A stretch of 64,000 bases of DNA, taken from Micavibrio sp. (GTDB lineage: Bacteria; Patescibacteriota; Minisyncoccia; Moranbacterales; GCA-2747515). The notes beneath the pieces are model-generated. The model was given only the letters and a program-made list of their open reading frames with translations, had not been told where the DNA came from and did no database searches. The stretch is from contig DYDB01000003.1 in NCBI GenBank assembly GCA_020718085.1, positions 61,569-125,568 of the forward strand, given 5' to 3'. A program made the translations under genes and the position numbers. Below, in pieces: positions 9,774-18,496 of the stretch. Numbering within the stretch: the first letter of the stretch is position 1; the number at the start of each line of letters is the position of its first letter.

Positions 9774-10940
9774 TCATTCAACAAAAGGAAATTCATCCAA
9801 AAGTTCTCCAGAATAATAAAATTCATACGCGAGAGAACCAAAACTATATTGTGTGCTTCCCACAGTAATTGCACTTCCCCCAACTTTTGGATGTGGATTT
9901 GGATGTGATTGCGGAAAACCGACGTTAAAGAGCGTGCCCACGATCTCCGGACGATATTGAATATCATATCCGGCATTTTGCCACTGATGGATCATCTGTT
10001 TAAGATATAGTGCGCCGTACAAATATGAAAAATAGTGATTATCATCATCAGTTAGTCGCACATACCGCTCTGTAGCCGGGTCATTTGTTGTAAAATCAAG
10101 AGCGTGTTCAAATTGCTGCCCTAGATAGTAAGGAGACGTTGGATCTTTGAGATGCTTTTCTGTGTTAATTGCCGTTTCTTCTTTGATACCCATTACGCCC
10201 AAAGAAATTTTTGTTGCATTCCCCAATATTTTAAGTGGTTCAAAATATTGTTTGTATAATGCACGTTGTGAATGAAATAATCGCACTTGTTCTACAATTG
10301 CACTTGCCACAATGAGTCGCGGTTCAATTTGTGCCTCTTGTGCTGCGCGTTCGATGTGCACACGATCCTTAACGATCGCCGCCTTGATCGTTTGCCATTC
10401 CTCATCATTCATCCATGGAAAAATATTCATGGCATTATCAACATTTACCATTTTTTCAATATCTTCCAGAACATATGTTTTTTCATGTGTGTCACGACAC
10501 TGCTGTAACGCATTTTGTTTTTCTGCATCCAAACGCAACTCACACGCAAAAATCATTTTATCGATAATCACATCGTTATATCCTTTTTGATATGCTGTCA
10601 AAATATGTGATGCATTTTTTGGCGCGATGCCACCAAGCATATTTATACGACAAAGATTTTTTAATTTTTGATCATGTATAGTTGAAAGATTTTGAATATG
10701 CAAGGCAATCTCTTCGGGTGTTTTTTGTTTTATATCTTTATCTGCAGATATGTTTATATCATCTTTGATTATGTTGATATCTTTTGCCTTATCCTCAAAA
10801 GCCTGTGTGTGAACATCAATTTCTCCAGGAACATCTGTGACATGATATTTGATCGCAAAGAACATTCCCACAAAAGCCACGCCAACTACAGCAAAGCTGT
10901 ATAATAAAAAATAATAGATCCCTATAAATATCTTTTTCAT
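9774..10940 (-). CDS. Hypothetical membrane-anchored protein (388 aa)
   Basis: N-terminal TM helix followed by a large soluble domain with no family I can name from sequence. Confidence 0.5.
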   Translation of the reverse strand: MKKIFIGIYYFLLYSFAVVGVAFVGMFFAIKYHVTDVPGEIDVHTQAFEDKAKDINIIKDDINISADKDIKQKTPEEIALHIQNLSTIHDQKLKNLCRINMLGGIAPKNASHILTAYQKGYNDVIIDKMIFACELRLDAEKQNALQQCRDTHEKTYVLEDIEKMVNVDNAMNIFPWMNDEEWQTIKAAIVKDRVHIERAAQEAQIEPRLIVASAIVEQVRLFHSQRALYKQYFEPLKILGNATKISLGVMGIKEETAINTEKHLKDPTSPYYLGQQFEHALDFTTNDPATERYVRLTDDDNHYFSYLYGALYLKQMIHQWQNAGYDIQYRPEIVGTLFNVGFPQSHPNPHPKVGGSAITVGSTQYSFGSLAYEFYYSGELLDEFPFVE

Positions 10941-11083
10941 TTTTATTTTACATTCATCATTACGTTATTATTGTGCCACACCCCTTATGAGTTGACAAAA
11001 TCCTATGCATGTAAACATCGTTTCATATCTTCAATATCATTTCTTCCAAACACATCCTTAGATTATGAACTTAAAGTCACCCC

Positions 11084-11368
11084 TCAAAGATCAACGATCT
11101 GAATAAAGATCTGTATGATAAAGCCAATCATCACACCGATGATTATCCATGTAACCCATGAAGGTATTTTCGTTTCTCCATTTATGAAATGAGAGAAAAT
11201 ATAAACAATCAGACATAGAACAATCGCGAATCCCAGAACAATATTATTCGTATACACACCAAACTGATCCGTATATATCATTTTGCCCAATGAATATATT
11301 CCTGAAACAAAAACAATGGACAAAATAACCCAAGCACGAATTTTCAAGAACGTATCCATACTACACAA
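11084..11368 (-). CDS. Small integral membrane protein (94 aa)
   Basis: Three predicted TM segments. Compact spacing between flanking genes. Confidence 0.4.
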   Translation of the reverse strand: MCSMDTFLKIRAWVILSIVFVSGIYSLGKMIYTDQFGVYTNNIVLGFAIVLCLIVYIFSHFINGETKIPSWVTWIIIGVMIGFIIQIFIQIVDL

Positions 11369-11384
11369 AAAATTACCATGTTAA

Positions 11385-13073
11385 TCACCAACTACCACCG
11401 CCACCGCCACCAAAGCCACCGCCAGATCCGCCACCGCTGAAACCGGACCCTCCAGAACCTGCTGAGGATGGCGTCGAAACCATAGTTGCATTATTTGCAC
11501 TGCTAAAGTCATGCATGCTATGTGCAAAAATTACCGGTGAAAAAGATGTGCCCCCGCCATCGTACCAATCTGGTGCGGACTTTGTGATATCTTCAAATTG
11601 TTTTGCCCATTGCTCTTCCACACCCAGCGCCATCGCGTATGGCAATAATTTTTCAAATTGTGCAGGATTTTTTTCAGGTGCATTATGAAAATTGATCCGA
11701 TCTTTTTCCGCTGTTTCCATATACATTTTCAAGCCAAGCACTTCTTCACGCACGATCGCACCTTTTTGTGTACGTTGCGGCATGAAATATCCAAATCCCA
11801 TAAATACCATCCCAGATAAAAATGCAGCAACACCATACATCAATCCCGTCATTCCACCAAGAAAAAAGGCTGCAAAGATGATCGCTGTCCCACCCACAAA
11901 GTATGTCGTACGAACAGCGGTCGGATTCTTCATATAAATCCCTTTTTGTACGATTGATTTTTCTACACCATCTTTGATCTTTTCAAGATCTTTGTAAAAT
12001 TTATCTTTGAGTTGTGACATTTTTTTCTCTTGCGCATATGACGGACCAAAGATACCGTCAAATAAGGTGCGTTCGTGACCGACTAGCGAAGATGCATCTT
12101 TTTCTGTTCGCACAAATGTATAATCAGTATCTGTGAAAGAGAAAATCCTTTTTTTATCAACTCTTTTGATCTTTATATATCCATTTACTGCTAATTGAAT
12201 TATGGCTGCGGAAACATCTTTTGGAGTGACCCGTTCATCTGCGACCATGCCAACTTCTGCCGCAGTCAGGTTTTCCGGCGCATCATAATATGGTACGATC
12301 ACACCTTTGCCCTCTGGATCGCGTCCTTTGATATACCACTGACGCAATACCCAAAAGAACACACCAACCGGTACAAGCAATATTCCATTATCCATAATGT
12401 ATTGCAAGAGAACTTGCCATATCGTCGGTTTATACACAGTGCCTACAGGCATGCCAATGACAGCTGTCATGCCAGTTCCTGACACAATACCCTCATGAAT
12501 AAATGTCACATCTTGATCCGTGACATCAGTTGTGACATAACATGCCGATGTTGACCCGTATGCTCCAGAAAAACACATTGTTTTTGTAATAAAAGGTGCA
12601 TGCACTGTCACGCGCGCTGTACGAATGGGCACCTCCCACTGATCTCCTGTCACATTCCAATAAAATTCATCATGATCATCGAAATAATTGAGCGCACCCA
12701 TAACCGTATAACTGATCACATATTTTTTTTCTCCCGTCACATATTTATCTGCGTCACCGATCTTAATGCGCAGATCATTTCCTTCACGTGACACATCCGA
12801 TGTATATTTTACTCCCGTTTGATCTGTTACAGAAATATCATCAATCTTTATTTTACGATTATCTCCTGTTGCATTTGTGTATTTCACGGGAATATCACGA
12901 TAGATTCCATGTTTTTGCACTGTCCCAAAATCATAATCAATCGTTTCGATCACATCCACAGAAGCATCCTCATTGATCGTTGCGACTACATCAAAGTTTA
13001 AAATTTCTTCTGCACGCACATCAAAAAACGGCATTAGGAAGAGAATAAGGAGAAACAATAATATTTTTTTCAT
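11385..13073 (-). CDS. DUF2207-family membrane protein with Gly-rich C-terminal tail
   Basis: Signal/TM, a large extracytoplasmic domain, multi-TM region and a terminal GSGGSGFSGGGSGGGFGGGGGG tail, all typical of DUF2207. Likely start MKKILLF at 13073; the ORF extends to 13151. Confidence 0.65.
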   Translation of the reverse strand: MKKILLFLLILFLMPFFDVRAEEILNFDVVATINEDASVDVIETIDYDFGTVQKHGIYRDIPVKYTNATGDNRKIKIDDISVTDQTGVKYTSDVSREGNDLRIKIGDADKYVTGEKKYVISYTVMGALNYFDDHDEFYWNVTGDQWEVPIRTARVTVHAPFITKTMCFSGAYGSTSACYVTTDVTDQDVTFIHEGIVSGTGMTAVIGMPVGTVYKPTIWQVLLQYIMDNGILLVPVGVFFWVLRQWYIKGRDPEGKGVIVPYYDAPENLTAAEVGMVADERVTPKDVSAAIIQLAVNGYIKIKRVDKKRIFSFTDTDYTFVRTEKDASSLVGHERTLFDGIFGPSYAQEKKMSQLKDKFYKDLEKIKDGVEKSIVQKGIYMKNPTAVRTTYFVGGTAIIFAAFFLGGMTGLMYGVAAFLSGMVFMGFGYFMPQRTQKGAIVREEVLGLKMYMETAEKDRINFHNAPEKNPAQFEKLLPYAMALGVEEQWAKQFEDITKSAPDWYDGGGTSFSPVIFAHSMHDFSSANNATMVSTPSSAGSGGSGFSGGGSGGGFGGGGGGSW

Positions 13074-13127
13074 AATAATATAAATGAGAAAATGCATTAC
13101 CATTATACCATCATTCCCTACACACAA

Positions 13128-13165
13128 AATAACGCCCCGGTATTCTTGCAAAATACCGGGGCTTT
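13128..13165 (-). terminator. Intrinsic terminator after the FabZ-like gene
   Basis: Perfect hairpin gccccggtat-tcttgcaaa-ataccggggc with T-rich flanks. Confidence 0.55.
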
Positions 13166-13181
13166 TTGATCAGATGTGACA

Positions 13182-13715
13182 CTACGTTGCCATTCCGATG
13201 ATCTTTTCGATTGTTGTAAAGACCTCACCTGACTCATTCTGAATGACTGCAGAAAAGAAGAACATCCCTTTCTTCTGTTTGTATAAATTTACCGTAATGA
13301 CCAATAAATCACCAGGCACAATTGCCTTTTTAAATCGAATACCGTCAATGCTTACAACTACCGGAATACTTTTCAGATCGTTTGATACTTTTTTTGCCAA
13401 AACCGCAGCAACCAAGTTGGCACATTCAATCTGGCAATGTCCCGGAAAGATCGGCTTGCTGGGAAAATGTCCTACGATCCAGAGCTCATTAACAAAAATA
13501 GTTTTTATCCCGACCATTTCATTCGGACGATCCGTATTATAGGAGATACGATCAAGCATTTGTGCTGGTCCCGTGTGTGGGATCATTTCGGCAATATTTT
13601 CTCGTTCAAGAAAAAATGATTTTTTATCTTCTTCCATTATCACTCCCTCCACGCTATATGATTGATGTTCTTTTGGTAAATGAATTAAGGTACTAAACAT
13701 GGTATTGTACTCCAT
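13182..13715 (-). CDS. FabZ/FabA-like hot-dog fold 3-hydroxyacyl-ACP dehydratase
   Basis: IPHTGPAQMLDRIS...IVGHFPSKPIFPGHCQIE matches the FabZ active-site region. True start is possibly MEEDKK (~13637). Confidence 0.65.
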   Translation of the reverse strand: MEYNTMFSTLIHLPKEHQSYSVEGVIMEEDKKSFFLERENIAEMIPHTGPAQMLDRISYNTDRPNEMVGIKTIFVNELWIVGHFPSKPIFPGHCQIECANLVAAVLAKKVSNDLKSIPVVVSIDGIRFKKAIVPGDLLVITVNLYKQKKGMFFFSAVIQNESGEVFTTIEKIIGMAT

Positions 13716-13723
13716 ATTTCAAT

Positions 13724-14971
13724 CTATCGCAAGTATCGATCTTTGTCGCGGATCTTTTTGTGGAAAGAAATGGCAAACCGATGTGCCTCTTCGCGAATAC
13801 TCTCCAATAATTCTTTATTGGTGATAATTTCATGATTAACCGGGAAGAACGCACTTTTATATATATCAATTTTTTTACGTGTTGGCCCTTTGGCAACTGC
13901 AATGACCGGAATATTAATATCAAGTTTTTGCCACAGATCATCGGCCATATTGATGTGTCCTTTACCTCCATCCAAGACAATGAGCTGCGGTATGCCCCAG
14001 TCATCCAAATGATTGAACCGTCGTGCTAGCACCTCGCGCATAGCGCCTACATCATTTATCCCACTTATAGACTGTATTTTAAATTTACGATACTGACTTT
14101 TTTGTGCCACACCATTGATAAAAACTACCATCGAAGCAACCATGGCATCGCCACCAATATGCGAAATATCATATGCTTCTACACGTATTTCATATGCACT
14201 AAACTTGGTAAAACTAATATCTTTTTTCATGAGTGCAATATCGTTGATATGCGTAAGTGCAAAGATCTGTTTTTTGACTTTATCTGCTTCTTCAAATTTT
14301 TCTTTTTTTGCAAGCATTGACATTTGTTTCTCCAACTTCACAAGAAGTGCTTTTTTGTGCCCGGAGAGAAACAATGAAATATTGCGCATATTGCGCTTAT
14401 AATTCTCTTCTGAGATCGCACCATCATATGGTCCCGGACAAAGTCCCATCTGATAATGTAAACAACCTTTTTCACTTTGCTCACTTCGATCATGAAATGG
14501 AAAAATGCGACGAATGATCTTCAGCGCGATTTTCATTTGATCGCGCGATGTATATGGACCGAAGACTTTGCCTTTTTTATATATTACATCTTGAAATTGT
14601 TCCTTATCAAAATCTGTTTTTCGCAAGATCACAACGCGCGGAAATTGCTCTTTGGTGATCACGAAAAACGAATAACTTTTATCATCCTTGCCGTCAATAT
14701 TATATTTTGGTTTATGTGTACGAATCAATTCCGCCTCAAGAATCAAAGCTTCGAGCACACTGTCAGTTTGGATTGTCTCAATATTCACGGATTGTTTAAC
14801 AAGTCGCTCAATACGCTCACCACGTGTATCATGTCCGGAAAAATATTGTCGCACGCGATCACGAAGTGATGTCGCTTTGCCTATGTACAGAATTTCATTT
14901 TTTGCACCACGAAAAAGATATACGCCAGGCATCTTTGGTAATTCTTGTAATTTTAATTCATCTGCGATCAT
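13724..14971 (-). CDS. uvrC: Excinuclease ABC subunit C, short form lacking the C-terminal (HhH)2 domain
   Basis: GIY-YIG domain (PGVYLFRGAKNEILYIGKATSLRDRVRQYF) plus a C-terminal RNase H-like endonuclease domain (AYDISHIGGDAMVASMVVF...YRKFKI). At 415 aa it is well short of the ~600 aa of full-length UvrC. Confidence 0.8.
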   Translation of the reverse strand: MIADELKLQELPKMPGVYLFRGAKNEILYIGKATSLRDRVRQYFSGHDTRGERIERLVKQSVNIETIQTDSVLEALILEAELIRTHKPKYNIDGKDDKSYSFFVITKEQFPRVVILRKTDFDKEQFQDVIYKKGKVFGPYTSRDQMKIALKIIRRIFPFHDRSEQSEKGCLHYQMGLCPGPYDGAISEENYKRNMRNISLFLSGHKKALLVKLEKQMSMLAKKEKFEEADKVKKQIFALTHINDIALMKKDISFTKFSAYEIRVEAYDISHIGGDAMVASMVVFINGVAQKSQYRKFKIQSISGINDVGAMREVLARRFNHLDDWGIPQLIVLDGGKGHINMADDLWQKLDINIPVIAVAKGPTRKKIDIYKSAFFPVNHEIITNKELLESIREEAHRFAISFHKKIRDKDRYLR

Positions 14972-14982
14972 GTATGTGTCCG

Positions 14983-15543
14983 TTATTGTTGAGCAATGTT
15001 CCTGCGTAGCTGATCCATACGCAACCGGTCCATAATCGCCTCTCCATAATATTGTTGATATGCACCAAACTTCTCAATTGACACATTTACATCATCCAAT
15101 ACCACACGTTCGATCTTGATGTATGCTGGTCGCACAACATGACCATCAACTGTAACCAGTTTTTGCACATCACCTTCCAAAGTGATCGTGTGCCCACCAT
15201 CTTGCATCATACATATCACATGACCATCTGCATCACAGCTCACCTCTTTGATACAATCGATCTTAAGTGCTTCCGCATGCATGAGATCCTGATTTGTGGT
15301 CATATGATCTTCTTGTGGAACAATTGTGTGACGGATCTTTTCAATTATGTTTTTTTGTGTTTTGCGCTCTTGATTGAGATTTTCTGCATGATACTTTTTT
15401 ATTTCTTCGTAAAAGCGTGCGTCTCTGCGCACAAAACCCTTTTTATCGGGAGTTTCCGCAAAAAGGCGTCGTTGATTCTCTGGCAGATCGTCAAAACTTT
15501 GGTATTGTGGCTCACGCGGATCAAACAATGCATCTTCCTTCAT
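14983..15543 (-). CDS. Hypothetical soluble protein (186 aa)
   Basis: ORF tightly packed between uvrC and the ABC-F gene. No recognisable motif. Confidence 0.45.
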   Translation of the reverse strand: MKEDALFDPREPQYQSFDDLPENQRRLFAETPDKKGFVRRDARFYEEIKKYHAENLNQERKTQKNIIEKIRHTIVPQEDHMTTNQDLMHAEALKIDCIKEVSCDADGHVICMMQDGGHTITLEGDVQKLVTVDGHVVRPAYIKIERVVLDDVNVSIEKFGAYQQYYGEAIMDRLRMDQLRRNIAQQ

Positions 15544-15603
15544 AATACGATTTTTGATATTACACTCCCATCATACCAATGTTGTAAAACGACGCAAATC
15601 CTT

Positions 15604-17055
15604 TTACTTTGCCAGATCCAATTCCTCAGTGATACCAAGTTGATCTACAAATGACTGCACATGACTCACCACAATCATTGCGCCTTCAAATTGCTTTAAG
15701 GCCTGTGCGATCACAGGGATATGACGAAAATTGATGTGATTTGTCGGCTCATCAAGTATGAGGAGACCCGGTTCGAGAAGCACGAGTTGGGCAAAGGCAA
15801 CCAAACCTTTCTGACCTTCGGACAAACTGCCAATTTTCGCCTCCAAAACATTTTTCCCCAGAAGAAATCCGCTTGCAACTGCGCGCAATTTTTCTTCTTC
15901 TTTAACTTGCATCACATTGAGCAGTGCATCATAAACCGTATCCTCAAAGTTCAGTGTTGAAAAATCTTGACGATAATACCCCACACGCACACTTTCCAAT
16001 ATTTTTGCGCCCTCTGTATGATTTGATGCAAGACGCTCCAATAATGTTGTCTTACCAATACCGTTTGGACCTTTTAAGAGCAAGTGTTCTCTTTTCTTGA
16101 GAGTGATATTCACCTTTTTTTCAAAAGGTTCATGATCTTTCATGATCGTTACGGATGCGATCGTGATCACCTCTCCTACGAAATCCTTTTGTGCAGGGAT
16201 CACAAATTTGCGAATTGTCTTATCCTCTTTGCGGACATCTACCTTTGATGCTTCCATTTCTGCAATTTCATCGCGCATTTTTTTTGCCACCAGACGCATC
16301 TTTCCTCCTTTATTGGCAAAATAGTTCATCTTTTCCTTGTTATCACGAATCTGTTTTTCAAATTGTGCGTTCTTGCGAATTTCTTTTTCGATCTGAGCCT
16401 TGATCTCTTCTACTACAATATAATAATCGCCCACATACTGATCGATCTTGTGTGTGAATACATCCAAGTAAAGAACACCATCGGTGAACATGTTGAGAAA
16501 ATCCGCATCATGCGAGATCACAACACAGGTTTTTTCATACATCATGAGAAATGTGAGCAAGTGTCCCACACCGGCATCATCCAAATTATTTGTCGGTTCA
16601 TCAAGGAGTAATACATCAGGATCTTGGATCAGTGCGGAAGCCAACAAAAGACGCGCTTGTTGTCCACCAGAAAAAGCAGAAATGGGTTTATCCATTGGCA
16701 ATGTCAGATTTACTGCATTCATCACCTCTTTCATATGACGATCCAACTCATAATCTTCACCTTTAAAATACACTGCAAAAAAATCTCGTATAGTTAGTGT
16801 TAATTGCTCCCGCGGAATGACCTGTTGCGCGCACGCGATCGTTTGTCCCTCACCGATATAAATATGTCCCGACACAGGCTTGTTTGTGCCCATGATGAGA
16901 TTGAAAAGCGATGTTTTACCAGCGCCATTTTGTCCCATGAGAGCCACTTTTTTGCCTTTGCGCAAAGCAAAAGAAGCCTCATCAAGGATCACCTTGCCAT
17001 TATCATAAGCAAAACTCACATCACTGAAACGGATTGCCACTTCTTCTTGTGCCAT
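15604..17055 (-). CDS. ABC-F family ATPase (two tandem ABC domains, no TMD)
   Basis: Two Walker A sites (GQNGAGKTSLF, GPNGIGKTTLL) and two signature motifs (LSGGQQARLLLA, LSEGQKGLVAFA) in one soluble polypeptide. Confidence 0.8.
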   Translation of the reverse strand: MAQEEVAIRFSDVSFAYDNGKVILDEASFALRKGKKVALMGQNGAGKTSLFNLIMGTNKPVSGHIYIGEGQTIACAQQVIPREQLTLTIRDFFAVYFKGEDYELDRHMKEVMNAVNLTLPMDKPISAFSGGQQARLLLASALIQDPDVLLLDEPTNNLDDAGVGHLLTFLMMYEKTCVVISHDADFLNMFTDGVLYLDVFTHKIDQYVGDYYIVVEEIKAQIEKEIRKNAQFEKQIRDNKEKMNYFANKGGKMRLVAKKMRDEIAEMEASKVDVRKEDKTIRKFVIPAQKDFVGEVITIASVTIMKDHEPFEKKVNITLKKREHLLLKGPNGIGKTTLLERLASNHTEGAKILESVRVGYYRQDFSTLNFEDTVYDALLNVMQVKEEEKLRAVASGFLLGKNVLEAKIGSLSEGQKGLVAFAQLVLLEPGLLILDEPTNHINFRHIPVIAQALKQFEGAMIVVSHVQSFVDQLGITEELDLAK

Positions 17056-17068
17056 AAACCTTTTTCTG

Positions 17069-17193
17069 ATAGAACTTACGCGTTTGGATGCAGTTCAAGG
17101 AAAGCGCGAGCATCGGAGTAAGTCGTATGTAAACATACGACGTCGAGCATCACAGCGTTTAACGAAGAAATGCGTCAAACGCGTAAGTTCTAT
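17069..17193. repeat. 125-bp element bounded by perfect 18-bp terminal inverted repeats, with a nested 9-bp-stem hairpin
   Basis: atagaacttacgcgtttg (17069-17086) is the exact reverse complement of caaacgcgtaagttctat (17176-17193). Internal hairpin gtcgtatgt-aa-acatacgac (17122-17141). Direct repeat cgagcatc on either side of that hairpin. Confidence 0.6.
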
Positions 17194-17378
17194 TTAAGAT
17201 AAAAATATTTTTTACTGAATTCCCATTATACAGTAAAAGTTAAAATTGCGCAATCATGTGAATGTTGCAGAATATTCTAAGATAGGAGTTGCATCATAAT
17301 TTCATCACTTTTGCATAAAAAAATCGCAAGAAACGAATAAAAAAATTCGTCCCCAAAATAACTCCCCTAAATCATTAT

Positions 17379-18386
17379 TTACGGCCTACCTGTAGCTGTA
17401 TAAGTAACAGACCCTGTATATTCTCCCGCAATTTGTGTGGATGGCACATTGATCTGATAGCAAATATCTGTGTTTGTGGAAACATTAGAATAACTCGTAT
17501 GTTCTAGAATGGTTGTGTTTGTATGTGGTATGCCTGCATAGAATTGATTTGCATCCTCACACGTAGAACCTGTGCCCCACCAAGATTCATTTTTTGTTGC
17601 CGTGGAGCTCAAAATACCAAATGCAAGACCTGTACCTGCAAATGTTTGTGCATTCGGCACTGAATAATCCCACGGTGTTTTATCCTGTATCTGCCCATCA
17701 CTTGTTCCTGACTGCGCCGTGTGATAAAGAGTGTTATCCAATCCTCTATCATTTGCAAGCTGGAGATCATACCCTTGTGCATCATTCGTGGTAATCGCGC
17801 ATGTTGTAACATTAGTCTGTGCAATTCCTGGAATAAGTGTTGTGCCATTATCAAGATCAATGCTCGTACCACAATCTAGCGTGAGATTTTCGTTTATTGT
17901 AGCGGAGATATTTTGAGAATCTGCAATACCATCCCCTCCACCACTATCTAATGTCGTAAAAGTAAGTTCTTCTCCACTATAAATATCAGTTGATATATAC
18001 ACGACTTCCGGTGTATCAAGATCATCCATTTGCGCATGGATACCGGCAATATTATAATATTGCGTACCTGCACTCAACCCGGAAATATTACAAGAAAAAT
18101 CACCAACACCTCCATTACCAGAATTGCAAGTTGCCGTATAAACGCCAGGCTGATCTCCATAATCAAAGAAGCCGCTAATATTTATAACATCACAACTACC
18201 AAAAAAACCATTATATCGCCCTTCAAGAGTGACGGAGTTTTGCGTGACATTTGTAGCAGTTAATGTTTCCACAGATACACCACAAAAGCCCAGAGCATGA
18301 TCTGTGTTGCCAAAAAACAAAAAAATTATCCAGAGTGACGTATATAAATAATATTTTATTTTTTTCATTTCTATTAAACGTAACAT
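17379..18386 (-). CDS. Secreted or cell-surface protein with FN3-like domain, rich in Thr, Ser, Gly and Asn
   Basis: N-terminal signal/TM (LWIIFLFFG). Motif TATNVTQNSVTLEGRY...LSAGTQYY resembles fibronectin type III. Confidence 0.55.
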   Translation of the reverse strand: MLRLIEMKKIKYYLYTSLWIIFLFFGNTDHALGFCGVSVETLTATNVTQNSVTLEGRYNGFFGSCDVINISGFFDYGDQPGVYTATCNSGNGGVGDFSCNISGLSAGTQYYNIAGIHAQMDDLDTPEVVYISTDIYSGEELTFTTLDSGGGDGIADSQNISATINENLTLDCGTSIDLDNGTTLIPGIAQTNVTTCAITTNDAQGYDLQLANDRGLDNTLYHTAQSGTSDGQIQDKTPWDYSVPNAQTFAGTGLAFGILSSTATKNESWWGTGSTCEDANQFYAGIPHTNTTILEHTSYSNVSTNTDICYQINVPSTQIAGEYTGSVTYTATGRP

Positions 18387-18442
18387 TTACACGTTTAATT
18401 ATAACACGAATAAATCACTTTTAAACATTTTTCAAAAACATA

Positions 18443-18478
18443 AAAGCTCAACCTAGGATCTGCATCCTAAGTTGAGCT
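18443..18478 (-). terminator. Intrinsic terminator after uvrA
   Basis: 15-bp stem (agctcaacctaggat / atcctaagttgagct, one mismatch) with loop ctgc, flanked by A/T runs. Confidence 0.65.
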
Positions 18479-18496
18479 TTTATTTATCCGCATTGT

